Below, one piece after another: positions 38,187-46,134 of a DNA stretch of 64,000 bases (position 1 is the stretch's first letter; the number at the start of each line of letters is the position of its first letter). This DNA is from an uncultured bacterium (GTDB lineage: Bacteria; Zixibacteria; MSB-5A5; CAIYYT01). The DNA lies in contig CAVSCK010000004.1 of assembly GCA_963726455.1 (NCBI GenBank), forward strand, positions 160,001 through 224,000, given 5' to 3'. The translations under genes and the position numbers were made by a program. The notes under the pieces are model-generated. The model made no database searches and had not been told where the DNA came from. It worked only from the letters and a program-made list of their open reading frames with translations.

Positions 38187-40328
38187 ATGATGCGGAACAG
38201 CGGAAAAATTCAGAAGAAGGAGTCTGCCGTGTACAAGACTGCACTTTTGCGAAAGAGATTCGCCTCGCTGGCTATCGCAACAGCGCTCCTGTTGAGCGGC
38301 GCATTGATCGGTGGCTGCGGTGACGACGGCACCTCGAGTGGCGGGGCCGCCCAGGTAATACTACTCAAGTCGACACCGTCCGGACAGGTCAACCGTGGCT
38401 CGACGGCGTTGGTTGAGGCGAAAGTTATTGATAACGGGGGAAATGCGGTTTCCGGACAAAGGGTAACCTTTACGGTGAGACCGACGTCCCTGGGGTATTT
38501 TACTCCGGTGTCGGACACGACAGCGCAGGACGGCACGGTTGGGTCGATCTTTACGGCGACGTCAACCGGTACAGCCACAATTCAGGCGACGGCAGGCACT
38601 TCGGTGCTGACGGCGACTTTGGAAATCAACGACAACACCAACAGTTCAGGTAATATCACCGTCACGGTGACGCCGCTGTTGATGACTGCCGGCAGCAGTG
38701 ATTCGGCGAACGTGGCGATAACCGCCAATCGCAGAGATGGCACGCCGGTGGCTGATGGAACGATCATTTACCTGGTAGCCGGAGAGCGGTTCCAGGATAT
38801 GGATAGTGACGGTTATTTCACCGAGGGCTATGACAGTCTGATGTATGACGCCAACGCCAACAACAAGTGGGATCCGATTGGCACGATTCCATCAACTGCG
38901 ACGACTATCGGCGGAAACGCGTCAGTCTATTACAAGGCAGGTAACCAGGCCACGACGGTATATATCAGGGCGACATTCTCCGACAGCGGCCGAGTGAGCT
39001 ACGCTGAGGTATCAGCGAAACTAAATCCGAATACAACCGTGGCGTCGATAACACTGACGCATAACGGCGAAGACTTGCGCGTAAAGGGCGTCGGTGGTAT
39101 CGAATTCGCCAGGGTATTGGCAACGGCCTACGACGAGTACGGCAATACGGTTCCCGAAGGAATTCCGATCCAATTTACGATTGCAAACGGACCGGGTGGT
39201 GGCGAGAATATTCAGGGTGAAGGGTATGGCCCGGTAGAAGTAAGTACCAACAGCGCCGGCCAGGCATCAGTCACGGTCTATTCCGGAACCATTTCCGGTA
39301 CGATCCGCGTGCGGGCGACATCCGCAACGGTGCTCTCAGCGGCCACGCAACTAGTGGTTAATGCAGGTCCGCCGTTCAAAGTTCGCGTAGGAGCAGAATA
39401 CTGCAATCTGCGCAGTTTTGATTACATCAACGAACGTAACCCGGTCGTAGCAGTCGTTTGTGACGTGTATACGAATCCGGTTCCCGATTCGACCACGGTA
39501 TATTTCTCGTGCAGTGAAGGATGTATGGAGGCCTACGGCCTGACCGGTGTGCCGCCGAACGAGGCCGGTACCGTGCATGTGGAGTGGATTTCCTGCGACC
39601 ATATCAACGGACGGGTCTGGCTCTATGCCGAGACCGGAGGCGGAACGGTACGCGATTCGTCCCTGTTTATCAGTTCGGGCCCGTCGGTCTATGTAAGTGT
39701 TGATGAGTACCCGAGCACGCTGTATGCGTCGAGCGATGAAATCGGCAGAGTGGTGGTATCAGTGCGTGACATCAATCACAATTTCGTTGCGGCCAACACT
39801 CCGATTGCTATTGAGGCGGATTTCGGCGCAATCGGCGGCGGTAATACCGTTGACGGTTGCTACACTTCGCTAATTGAAACGAAGTACTTTGCCTCACCGC
39901 TCAAGAAGGATTACTCGTGGACGACTCCTGATGACGGCATCGGCGCAGTTTCGAATGTCCGGGTAGTTGCCGGTGGCATGGGCGGCGCAAGTGCCGGTTT
40001 CACGACATTGTTCCTGACGACCGACACGTATTTCAAGAATTGCAACGTTGATATCGAGCCGGAAATGGAGCCGGGTACCCTGGCGCCGTTCTCGATTACG
40101 GTCAAGGACCGCGCCGGCAATCCGCTGGGCGGACATCAGTTGTCAGTATTCCCGAACGGTGGTACCGTAACGGGTACTAACTATATCACGAATGAATACG
40201 GCGAAGTCAACCTGTTCTACCAGGCACCCGGAGCCGAGGGAACGTACCTGATTACGGTTACCGACCTGGATCCGCGTGGCGCCGTTAGTTTCGCCAAGAA
40301 GGTTAAGGTCAAAACCGCGAGTTTGTAA
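38187..40328 (+). CDS. Invasin/Ig-like (Big_1) repeat lipoprotein
   Basis: Lipobox LIGGC; repeated D.xGNxV.G..V.F and T...G.A Ig motifs; DMDSDG Ca-binding-like loop. Confidence 0.78.
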   Translation: MMRNSGKIQKKESAVYKTALLRKRFASLAIATALLLSGALIGGCGDDGTSSGGAAQVILLKSTPSGQVNRGSTALVEAKVIDNGGNAVSGQRVTFTVRPTSLGYFTPVSDTTAQDGTVGSIFTATSTGTATIQATAGTSVLTATLEINDNTNSSGNITVTVTPLLMTAGSSDSANVAITANRRDGTPVADGTIIYLVAGERFQDMDSDGYFTEGYDSLMYDANANNKWDPIGTIPSTATTIGGNASVYYKAGNQATTVYIRATFSDSGRVSYAEVSAKLNPNTTVASITLTHNGEDLRVKGVGGIEFARVLATAYDEYGNTVPEGIPIQFTIANGPGGGENIQGEGYGPVEVSTNSAGQASVTVYSGTISGTIRVRATSATVLSAATQLVVNAGPPFKVRVGAEYCNLRSFDYINERNPVVAVVCDVYTNPVPDSTTVYFSCSEGCMEAYGLTGVPPNEAGTVHVEWISCDHINGRVWLYAETGGGTVRDSSLFISSGPSVYVSVDEYPSTLYASSDEIGRVVVSVRDINHNFVAANTPIAIEADFGAIGGGNTVDGCYTSLIETKYFASPLKKDYSWTTPDDGIGAVSNVRVVAGGMGGASAGFTTLFLTTDTYFKNCNVDIEPEMEPGTLAPFSITVKDRAGNPLGGHQLSVFPNGGTVTGTNYITNEYGEVNLFYQAPGAEGTYLITVTDLDPRGAVSFAKKVKVKTASL

Positions 40329-40353
40329 TTCGCTTTCGCTAAGTCCTGTCTGT

Positions 40354-40389
40354 GGGGGTCCCTGTGCAAACGGGGGCCTCCTTTTTTTT
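40354..40389 (+). terminator. Intrinsic terminator ending pilus operon
   Basis: gggggtccctg..cgggggcctcc (with GU pairs) + T8. Confidence 0.75.
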
Positions 40390-40434
40390 CGCAAACGTTT
40401 TGCGTGATGAATCGAAGGACGTATAATAACACCA

Positions 40435-42138
40435 GTGCAAGAGCGACTAATTCATGAGTTGGTGTTAGCCAGCGCGGCCCGCCATGCTACCCGGCCGGCG
40501 TATTGGCTGCGCACTGCGGACGGCTTCGCGCCATTGACCTACGCAGAATTGGCGGCCAAAATCAATTCGTTGGCGCGGGGACTGGTCAAAGCGGGATTCC
40601 GTCCGGAGACCAAGGCGGGAATCTTTGCTCCCAGCTCGCACGACTGGGGAGTGACTTATCTGGCGATTCTATTGGCGGGTGGAGTCGTGGTGCCTCTCGA
40701 TGCGCAGTCGAAATACTTCGAATTGCGTTCGGTGATCGCAAGAGCCGGAATCGGGGTTCTCTTCTGCGATCAGTCGCACTATGAAGATATCAAGGAATTG
40801 GAGAAGGTGTCGTCGCCGTTTCCGGAAGTGATATGTATGGGGCAGCCGTCAGGGATCGATCCGTCGGTGCTGACGACTGCGCGCTTGGTGGAGTTGGGGA
40901 AGGACGAAAGCGTTGTGTTGCCGGAGGTCGATCCTCGATCGATGGCGGCGCTGATATTTACTTCCGGGACTTCGGCAGAGTCAAAGGGTGTGATGCTGTC
41001 GCATGAAAATGTCATTTCCGACCTGGCTGCGGTGCGGCCGCGACTGCCGATGGTTCCTGAGGATCGGTTTCTGTCCGTACTGCCACTACATCACACGTTC
41101 GAGGCGACTTGCGGGTTTCTCTATCCGTTGTCCAGCGGGTCGTCGATTGCCTATGCACAGTCCCTGAAGTCGAACGATCTGCTGGCTGATATTCGTGGAT
41201 TGAAGATTACTGTGATGTGTGGCGTGCCGCTGCTATTCGAAAAAATGTGTGCGAGCATACAGCGGCAGGTAAGCAAGCAGGTCTTGACGAAACGATTGTA
41301 CGTTGACCTGGGGCAGCGGATCGCGGGGCTGTCCAAGTGGATTTTGGACATGTCGGTGGGGAAGGTCGTATTTAAGGCGCTCCGTGAGAAGGCCGGGTTG
41401 GATTCAGTGCGGCTGTTGGTCTCGGGGGCGGCCGCGATTAATCCGGAGGTGTCGAAATTCCTGAACAATCTGGGGATCGTGTTGGTGCAAGGTTATGGCC
41501 TCAGCGAGACATCGCCGGTGCTGGCGGTGAATTCGCCGAACGACAACGACTATAACTCGGTGGGCAAGCCACTGGACGGCGTGGATTTAAAGATACTCGA
41601 CGCGAACGAGGCCGGAGTAGGGGAGATCGCGGTCAAAGGCGGGATGGTGATGCAGGGCTATTACAATAATGAGCAGGCGACGCGCGAGACGATGCGCGAC
41701 GGGTATTTTTGCACCGGCGATCTGGGCTTTCTTGATACGGGTGGGCGGTTGCATATCACGGGAAGAAAAAAGAATGTGATAATTACTCCGGCAGGGAAGA
41801 ATATCTATCCCGAGGAGATTGAGGCACTGCTGGAAAGTTCGCCATTTATTCAGGAGTGTGCCGTATTGCCGAGGAAACGGAAGACAGGGGAGGAGCCGGT
41901 TGCCGTAGTCGTGCCGGATTTTGAAAGTCTGAAGGCGGCGCGCAACGGCGACAAGCTGGAGGACGATGAGATACGCAGTATCATGAAGTCCGAGGTCGAA
42001 CAGATAAGCGCGCAATTGGCGGAATTCAAGCGCATCAAAGATGTGATCGTGATGACAGAGGAACTGCCCAAGACCTCGACGCGCAAGGTCAAGCGGTATG
42101 TGCTGATTGAATCGCTGAAGAACCTGGGGCAATTGTAA
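40435..42138 (+). CDS. Long-chain fatty-acid-CoA ligase (AMP-binding)
   Basis: FTSGTSAESKGV, QGYGLSE, TGDLG, GRKKN..GKNIYPEE, LPKT..K. Confidence 0.92.
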   Translation: MQERLIHELVLASAARHATRPAYWLRTADGFAPLTYAELAAKINSLARGLVKAGFRPETKAGIFAPSSHDWGVTYLAILLAGGVVVPLDAQSKYFELRSVIARAGIGVLFCDQSHYEDIKELEKVSSPFPEVICMGQPSGIDPSVLTTARLVELGKDESVVLPEVDPRSMAALIFTSGTSAESKGVMLSHENVISDLAAVRPRLPMVPEDRFLSVLPLHHTFEATCGFLYPLSSGSSIAYAQSLKSNDLLADIRGLKITVMCGVPLLFEKMCASIQRQVSKQVLTKRLYVDLGQRIAGLSKWILDMSVGKVVFKALREKAGLDSVRLLVSGAAAINPEVSKFLNNLGIVLVQGYGLSETSPVLAVNSPNDNDYNSVGKPLDGVDLKILDANEAGVGEIAVKGGMVMQGYYNNEQATRETMRDGYFCTGDLGFLDTGGRLHITGRKKNVIITPAGKNIYPEEIEALLESSPFIQECAVLPRKRKTGEEPVAVVVPDFESLKAARNGDKLEDDEIRSIMKSEVEQISAQLAEFKRIKDVIVMTEELPKTSTRKVKRYVLIESLKNLGQL

Positions 42139-42163
42139 GAGATACTTCCAGGCCGCCGCTATC

Positions 42164-43333
42164 TCAGACGCGGCGCCGAATCCAAATCAAACAGAATTCG
42201 AGATAGACAAACAGGGGCGTGAGTATCGACAGCGCCATGAATTTGCGATAGGTGTCGCGACCGACCAGATCGTAGATGGACAGGCCGATCACGACAAACG
42301 ACGCGTACATGAGCCAGCGGAACAGGGGAGGCAAGAGATTACGGTGAACGATCAGGAGCATAACTCCCAGAGTTGAGGTGAGGAATACGTAGTCCCAGCC
42401 CTGTGGCGAGATCAGCGGAACTAAAATCAAGAGCACGGCGCTTTCGATCACGGGGGCGAGCGAAGTTGATTTGCCATCTGAGGCGACCTTTGTAGTGGAA
42501 GTTGCAGAAGTTTTGGCGGCAAGTACAAGCGCGCCAATTGTTGCGGCAATCACCACCAGCGACAACGTCCAGAGAAGAGTTGGATTGTCCGCGCCGAACC
42601 ATTTGGCGAAACAGCCGAAGAGAGAGACGTTGTCAGGATTGGTCAGGAGAGACGGTGTCGAGGAGGCGGCAGTCGTGCGCCACGCCAGCAGTAAGTCGAT
42701 GTTGCCGCGCCAGCCGTAAATGATTGCCGGGAGAATCAGGGCGAGCAGGGACAGTGCAATAGCGACCAGTGCAGCCCGAAATTTCCTCTTTGCCAACAAC
42801 AGTGGGACGAAAATTCCGGCATAAGGTTTGAGAGCTGTGGCTAGAGCAAGATAAATGCCTGCGGTTCGATCTCGATTTTCGAGCAGCGCGTAGAGCATGA
42901 GCATAACAAGCGCCGTCATGACGAGATTGGCCTGCCCCAGGTCGATTTCGTGAACATAGAATTTGGCCATTACCAGAAATGTGAGGATGACCGGCAGTGC
43001 ACCGATCTTTACGGACATGCACAGCTTGCGCGATAGAATCAGGACTGCGGCGAGTGAGCCGAATACCACGTACAGCCAGAGCAGCTTCGCCCATTCGAGA
43101 GGTAGTAGTGCGAAGGGTGCAAAAAAGACAGCGCTGACGGGGAGGTATTTGAACATGTAGTGGCTGTCGCTGACCTGGTAGAGCGGTTCGCCGTGGAGGA
43201 ACCGTTCACCGGCAGTGTAGAAGACGGTGAAATCGGTCATGCGGTCGTGGAGCTTGAGGAAGTAGGCGACGGCGATTAAGATCGCCCCTAAGATTACGAT
43301 GAGCCAGACGTGGAGCTTCCTAGAACTGGTCAT
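42164..43333 (-). CDS. GT87/DUF2029-family GT-C membrane glycosyltransferase
   Basis: DFTVFY.AG, F.YLP, GQ.N, ALKPY, NVSL, SP..W.Y. Confidence 0.85.
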   Translation of the reverse strand: MTSSRKLHVWLIVILGAILIAVAYFLKLHDRMTDFTVFYTAGERFLHGEPLYQVSDSHYMFKYLPVSAVFFAPFALLPLEWAKLLWLYVVFGSLAAVLILSRKLCMSVKIGALPVILTFLVMAKFYVHEIDLGQANLVMTALVMLMLYALLENRDRTAGIYLALATALKPYAGIFVPLLLAKRKFRAALVAIALSLLALILPAIIYGWRGNIDLLLAWRTTAASSTPSLLTNPDNVSLFGCFAKWFGADNPTLLWTLSLVVIAATIGALVLAAKTSATSTTKVASDGKSTSLAPVIESAVLLILVPLISPQGWDYVFLTSTLGVMLLIVHRNLLPPLFRWLMYASFVVIGLSIYDLVGRDTYRKFMALSILTPLFVYLEFCLIWIRRRV

Positions 43334-43441
43334 AGTGAATACTACGAGAACACAGCCAAAAGAGCAAAGGCAGGAAACGAGACGGGCCGGTCATCTGACC
43401 TGCCCGATAATTGCCTGGATTGCTCTCGCTCTGGTCAGAAA

Positions 43442-44098
43442 TCAATATCCAAGCCAGTTAAGAGTGATCTTGAATGATAATGAGTTCATTGTTATGCCGG
43501 CATCCTTGGGGCTACCATACACGAGCGATCCCTCAAAGCAAAAGTGCCGTACGAATTCGAAACCGCCCCCGACAGTAAGGCCAAGTCCGTAGGAAGCATC
43601 GTAGTCGTCAAAGGGAGTGCTCAATGCCGAGTATCCCAGTCCAGCGAATACGAATGGGGAAGGGGCCCACGCCTTGAAGAAATACGTAACCGCCGCACCA
43701 CCCATGCCATTGGTGACGGTGACTTCCTTGACAGACATTAAATAGGCATACCTATATGGATCATAATAGCCCCGCGATGCCAACTCTTCTTTATACCATG
43801 AGACTTTGCTCATCCAATAAACCATGACTTGATTTGAGAAGGCATAACCGATCTTGAAGTCAGTGTTGATGCCGACTTTATTCTGCCGTTCACTTGTAAC
43901 ACTACCATTAGTCATGGTGTAGGTGGTATAAGAAGGACCCAAACCGAGCCCAACAACGAACCCTTTGCGGTCCTTTTGTCCCTCTGGCGAAACTTTCGCC
44001 TTCGTAGGCGCGGTCTGAACTCCCGCGGATTGTTGACAATATGCACTTGGAATTGCCAACACGAGCACGAAGATCACTGCAATCGACAAGACTCTCAT
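43442..44098 (-). CDS. Outer-membrane beta-barrel protein
   Basis: Signal peptide; alternating beta strands; aromatic C-terminal strand (LNWLGY). Confidence 0.7.
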   Translation of the reverse strand: MRVLSIAVIFVLVLAIPSAYCQQSAGVQTAPTKAKVSPEGQKDRKGFVVGLGLGPSYTTYTMTNGSVTSERQNKVGINTDFKIGYAFSNQVMVYWMSKVSWYKEELASRGYYDPYRYAYLMSVKEVTVTNGMGGAAVTYFFKAWAPSPFVFAGLGYSALSTPFDDYDASYGLGLTVGGGFEFVRHFCFEGSLVYGSPKDAGITMNSLSFKITLNWLGY

Positions 44099-44302
44099 GA
44101 TCCCTCCCTGCATTAAGTTGTTCCGAGTGTCACCGGTGTTCTTCTATGAACATGTCACAGCCATACCGCCCGGACTACTTTGCACGATCAGGGCGATTCA
44201 TTATGATTTCAGTGCTGCGCTTGCGTCAAGCATAGAATGCGAGGGCGCGAAAGTCAAGCAATTTGGGGATTGTCAAGAATGTGATTGAACGGCAAATAAA
44301 GA

Positions 44303-44328
44303 GCGGGCGGGTCTGATGACCCGCCCGC
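44303..44328 (-). terminator. Intrinsic terminator
   Basis: gcgggcgggtc-tgat-gacccgcccgc with A-rich left flank. Confidence 0.75.
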
Positions 44329-44363
44329 AGAATTAGCAATCCAATTCTGATCGTGCGCCGAAA

Positions 44364-44981
44364 CTACTTCGTTGCGCCAAAGAAGAAGCTTACGCCGGCA
44401 TGGATGTCAACGTAAGTGGTGTTCTTTACATCGGTAAAGACCATATGGAAACGACCACCGGCGTCGATCGCGATCTTCTCATTAATCATGTATGCGCCGC
44501 CGAAGCCAGCGTTGACGCCGATTTTCGTTGACGAAGATCCGCTACCGCCAAATGAATACATGCCGGGACCGGCTTCGATGTACGGGCAGAGCTTCTTCTC
44601 GGGGGAGAAGAAATACATGCCGTTGGCGCTGATTTCGAAGATGTGATAATTTGCTGATGTGCTGGTGCTGCCAAAGCCCGCAATGGTGGCGCTGGCTTCA
44701 GCCTTCGCCATCTGGTAATCAAGAATACCGGCTACGGCAATCTTCGGAGCGACGCCGTACATGAACTTGCCTCCGAATGAGACATTCAGCTTGTTCTTGG
44801 CCGTAATTTCAAAACCTTCGCCGGCAAGGGTGATCGACTTAAACTGGTCACCAAAACCGATGCCGTAATCAAGGAACACGGTGCCGGCCATCTTGCCTTT
44901 GAGGTCGCCGATTGCTTGACCGTAGGCAGCGACAGCGCCGACGAGTACCAGGGCGATCAACAAGCCAAAGATTTTCTTCAT
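44364..44981 (-). CDS. Outer-membrane beta-barrel protein (8-stranded OmpA/Ail-like)
   Basis: Signal peptide; PYIEAGPG, GVNAGFG, AGVSFFF. Confidence 0.82.
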   Translation of the reverse strand: MKKIFGLLIALVLVGAVAAYGQAIGDLKGKMAGTVFLDYGIGFGDQFKSITLAGEGFEITAKNKLNVSFGGKFMYGVAPKIAVAGILDYQMAKAEASATIAGFGSTSTSANYHIFEISANGMYFFSPEKKLCPYIEAGPGMYSFGGSGSSSTKIGVNAGFGGAYMINEKIAIDAGGRFHMVFTDVKNTTYVDIHAGVSFFFGATK

Positions 44982-45053
44982 TTTTGCATCCTTTCGTTGC
45001 CCGCGGGGGTGTCCCGCGAGCGTGAATCCTTTCAGTTACTATTTCCTCAATTT

Positions 45054-45611
45054 CTATTTTCCAAAGAAGTATTGAGCGCCAAAGAAGAAGTGCAGCCAGG
45101 CGAAAGTCGGACTGGATAGAACTACATGCGCTCTAGCCCCGCCCATCAACGCCAATTCCGGGCTCATAAACTTACGATAGCCGACTCCACCGTTCAGGCC
45201 AAAGTCGCTCTCATATACACCGGCACCGCCTAACAAAAAGATGGACCCCGGTTGGCCGGGACTCAACTCGTAAGTACCGAGCGCGAGAATGTTTGTCCAG
45301 CTACCGCCAGCCGAGCCATAGTATCCGTACGGAGTAGTCCACTTGGCACCCTGCCAGTAAATCTCAGCACCAATAGCCAGTTTTTCTTTCCATTGGTATT
45401 GGCCGAAGATGGCAAATGCGAACGTCGGCTTGTATGTCACGTTGAAGAACTCGTTGCCAAATTTGCTGAATCCGCTGAGACCCACAGAATAGCCGAGATT
45501 TGCTCCGGCGGACCATTGACCGACACTCGAGCCGCCTACTCCGGTTTTGCCGGCAGCGGGGACCGCGAAGGCCAGGCAAATGATGATGACTGCCGCTGTC
45601 GCCTTCTTCAT
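45054..45611 (-). CDS. Outer-membrane beta-barrel protein
   Basis: Signal peptide; GLNGGVGY, GAQYFF C-terminus; resembles 44364-44981. Confidence 0.78.
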   Translation of the reverse strand: MKKATAAVIIICLAFAVPAAGKTGVGGSSVGQWSAGANLGYSVGLSGFSKFGNEFFNVTYKPTFAFAIFGQYQWKEKLAIGAEIYWQGAKWTTPYGYYGSAGGSWTNILALGTYELSPGQPGSIFLLGGAGVYESDFGLNGGVGYRKFMSPELALMGGARAHVVLSSPTFAWLHFFFGAQYFFGK

Positions 45612-45834
45612 GTAAGTACCTCTTTCATTTCAAGTTATGCTGCGAATTAGCACTATTTCAAACTCTCCGCGCATCACCTCCTGACCGTATGTTGTTATCG
45701 GGTAATAAATTACCCGGCGAGTCACCCAACCGCTATAAGGTTTAATTCAAGAGGGGCAGGCAGTCAACAAAAACTTTGGGGTGATAGCGCATGAGAGGTA
45801 GTCCCGGGAGTTCATCTTATCTAGTATTGAAATA

Positions 45835-46044
45835 GCGCCGGTTCACAATTTCGCGCTCGGGGATCGATTGTATCAGTGGCGAGCGAAATGACCGCGCAAA
45901 ATCAGGAACCGGCGCAACAGCTTGATTATTGCTTGTGAGGCAACTACGAAAAGGGACGCCCACGAGGGGCAGTCCCACAGCAAGCTGTAGGCTACACAGC
46001 TACCGAAATCGTGGAAGACGGACGCCCACGAGGGGCTAGACTAC
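45835..46044. repeat. Cluster of REP-like hairpins (ACA/CAG copy C; two ggacgcccacgaggggc copies; GTAG-footed hairpins)
   Basis: 45835-45918 hairpin; 17-bp repeat at 45954 and 46020; ctac ends at 45947, 46003, 46044. Confidence 0.7.
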
Positions 46045-46056
46045 GACGACGAAATT

Positions 46057-46085
46057 GAAAAAGGGCGCGCTGGTTGGCGCGCCCT
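46057..46085 (-). terminator. Intrinsic terminator of EF-G2 gene
   Basis: agggcgcgc-tggttg-gcgcgccct with A-run on left. Confidence 0.8.
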
Positions 46086-46134
46086 GAATGTGAGCATTAT
46101 TCTATGGGACGATTCAGCACTTGGGTCTTGCGGC

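Noticed and set aside
45629-45683. 14-codon minus-strand ORF after AGGAGGTG upstream of the beta-barrel trio
   Set aside because: SD-to-ATG spacing is too short and the peptide has no attenuator-like composition.
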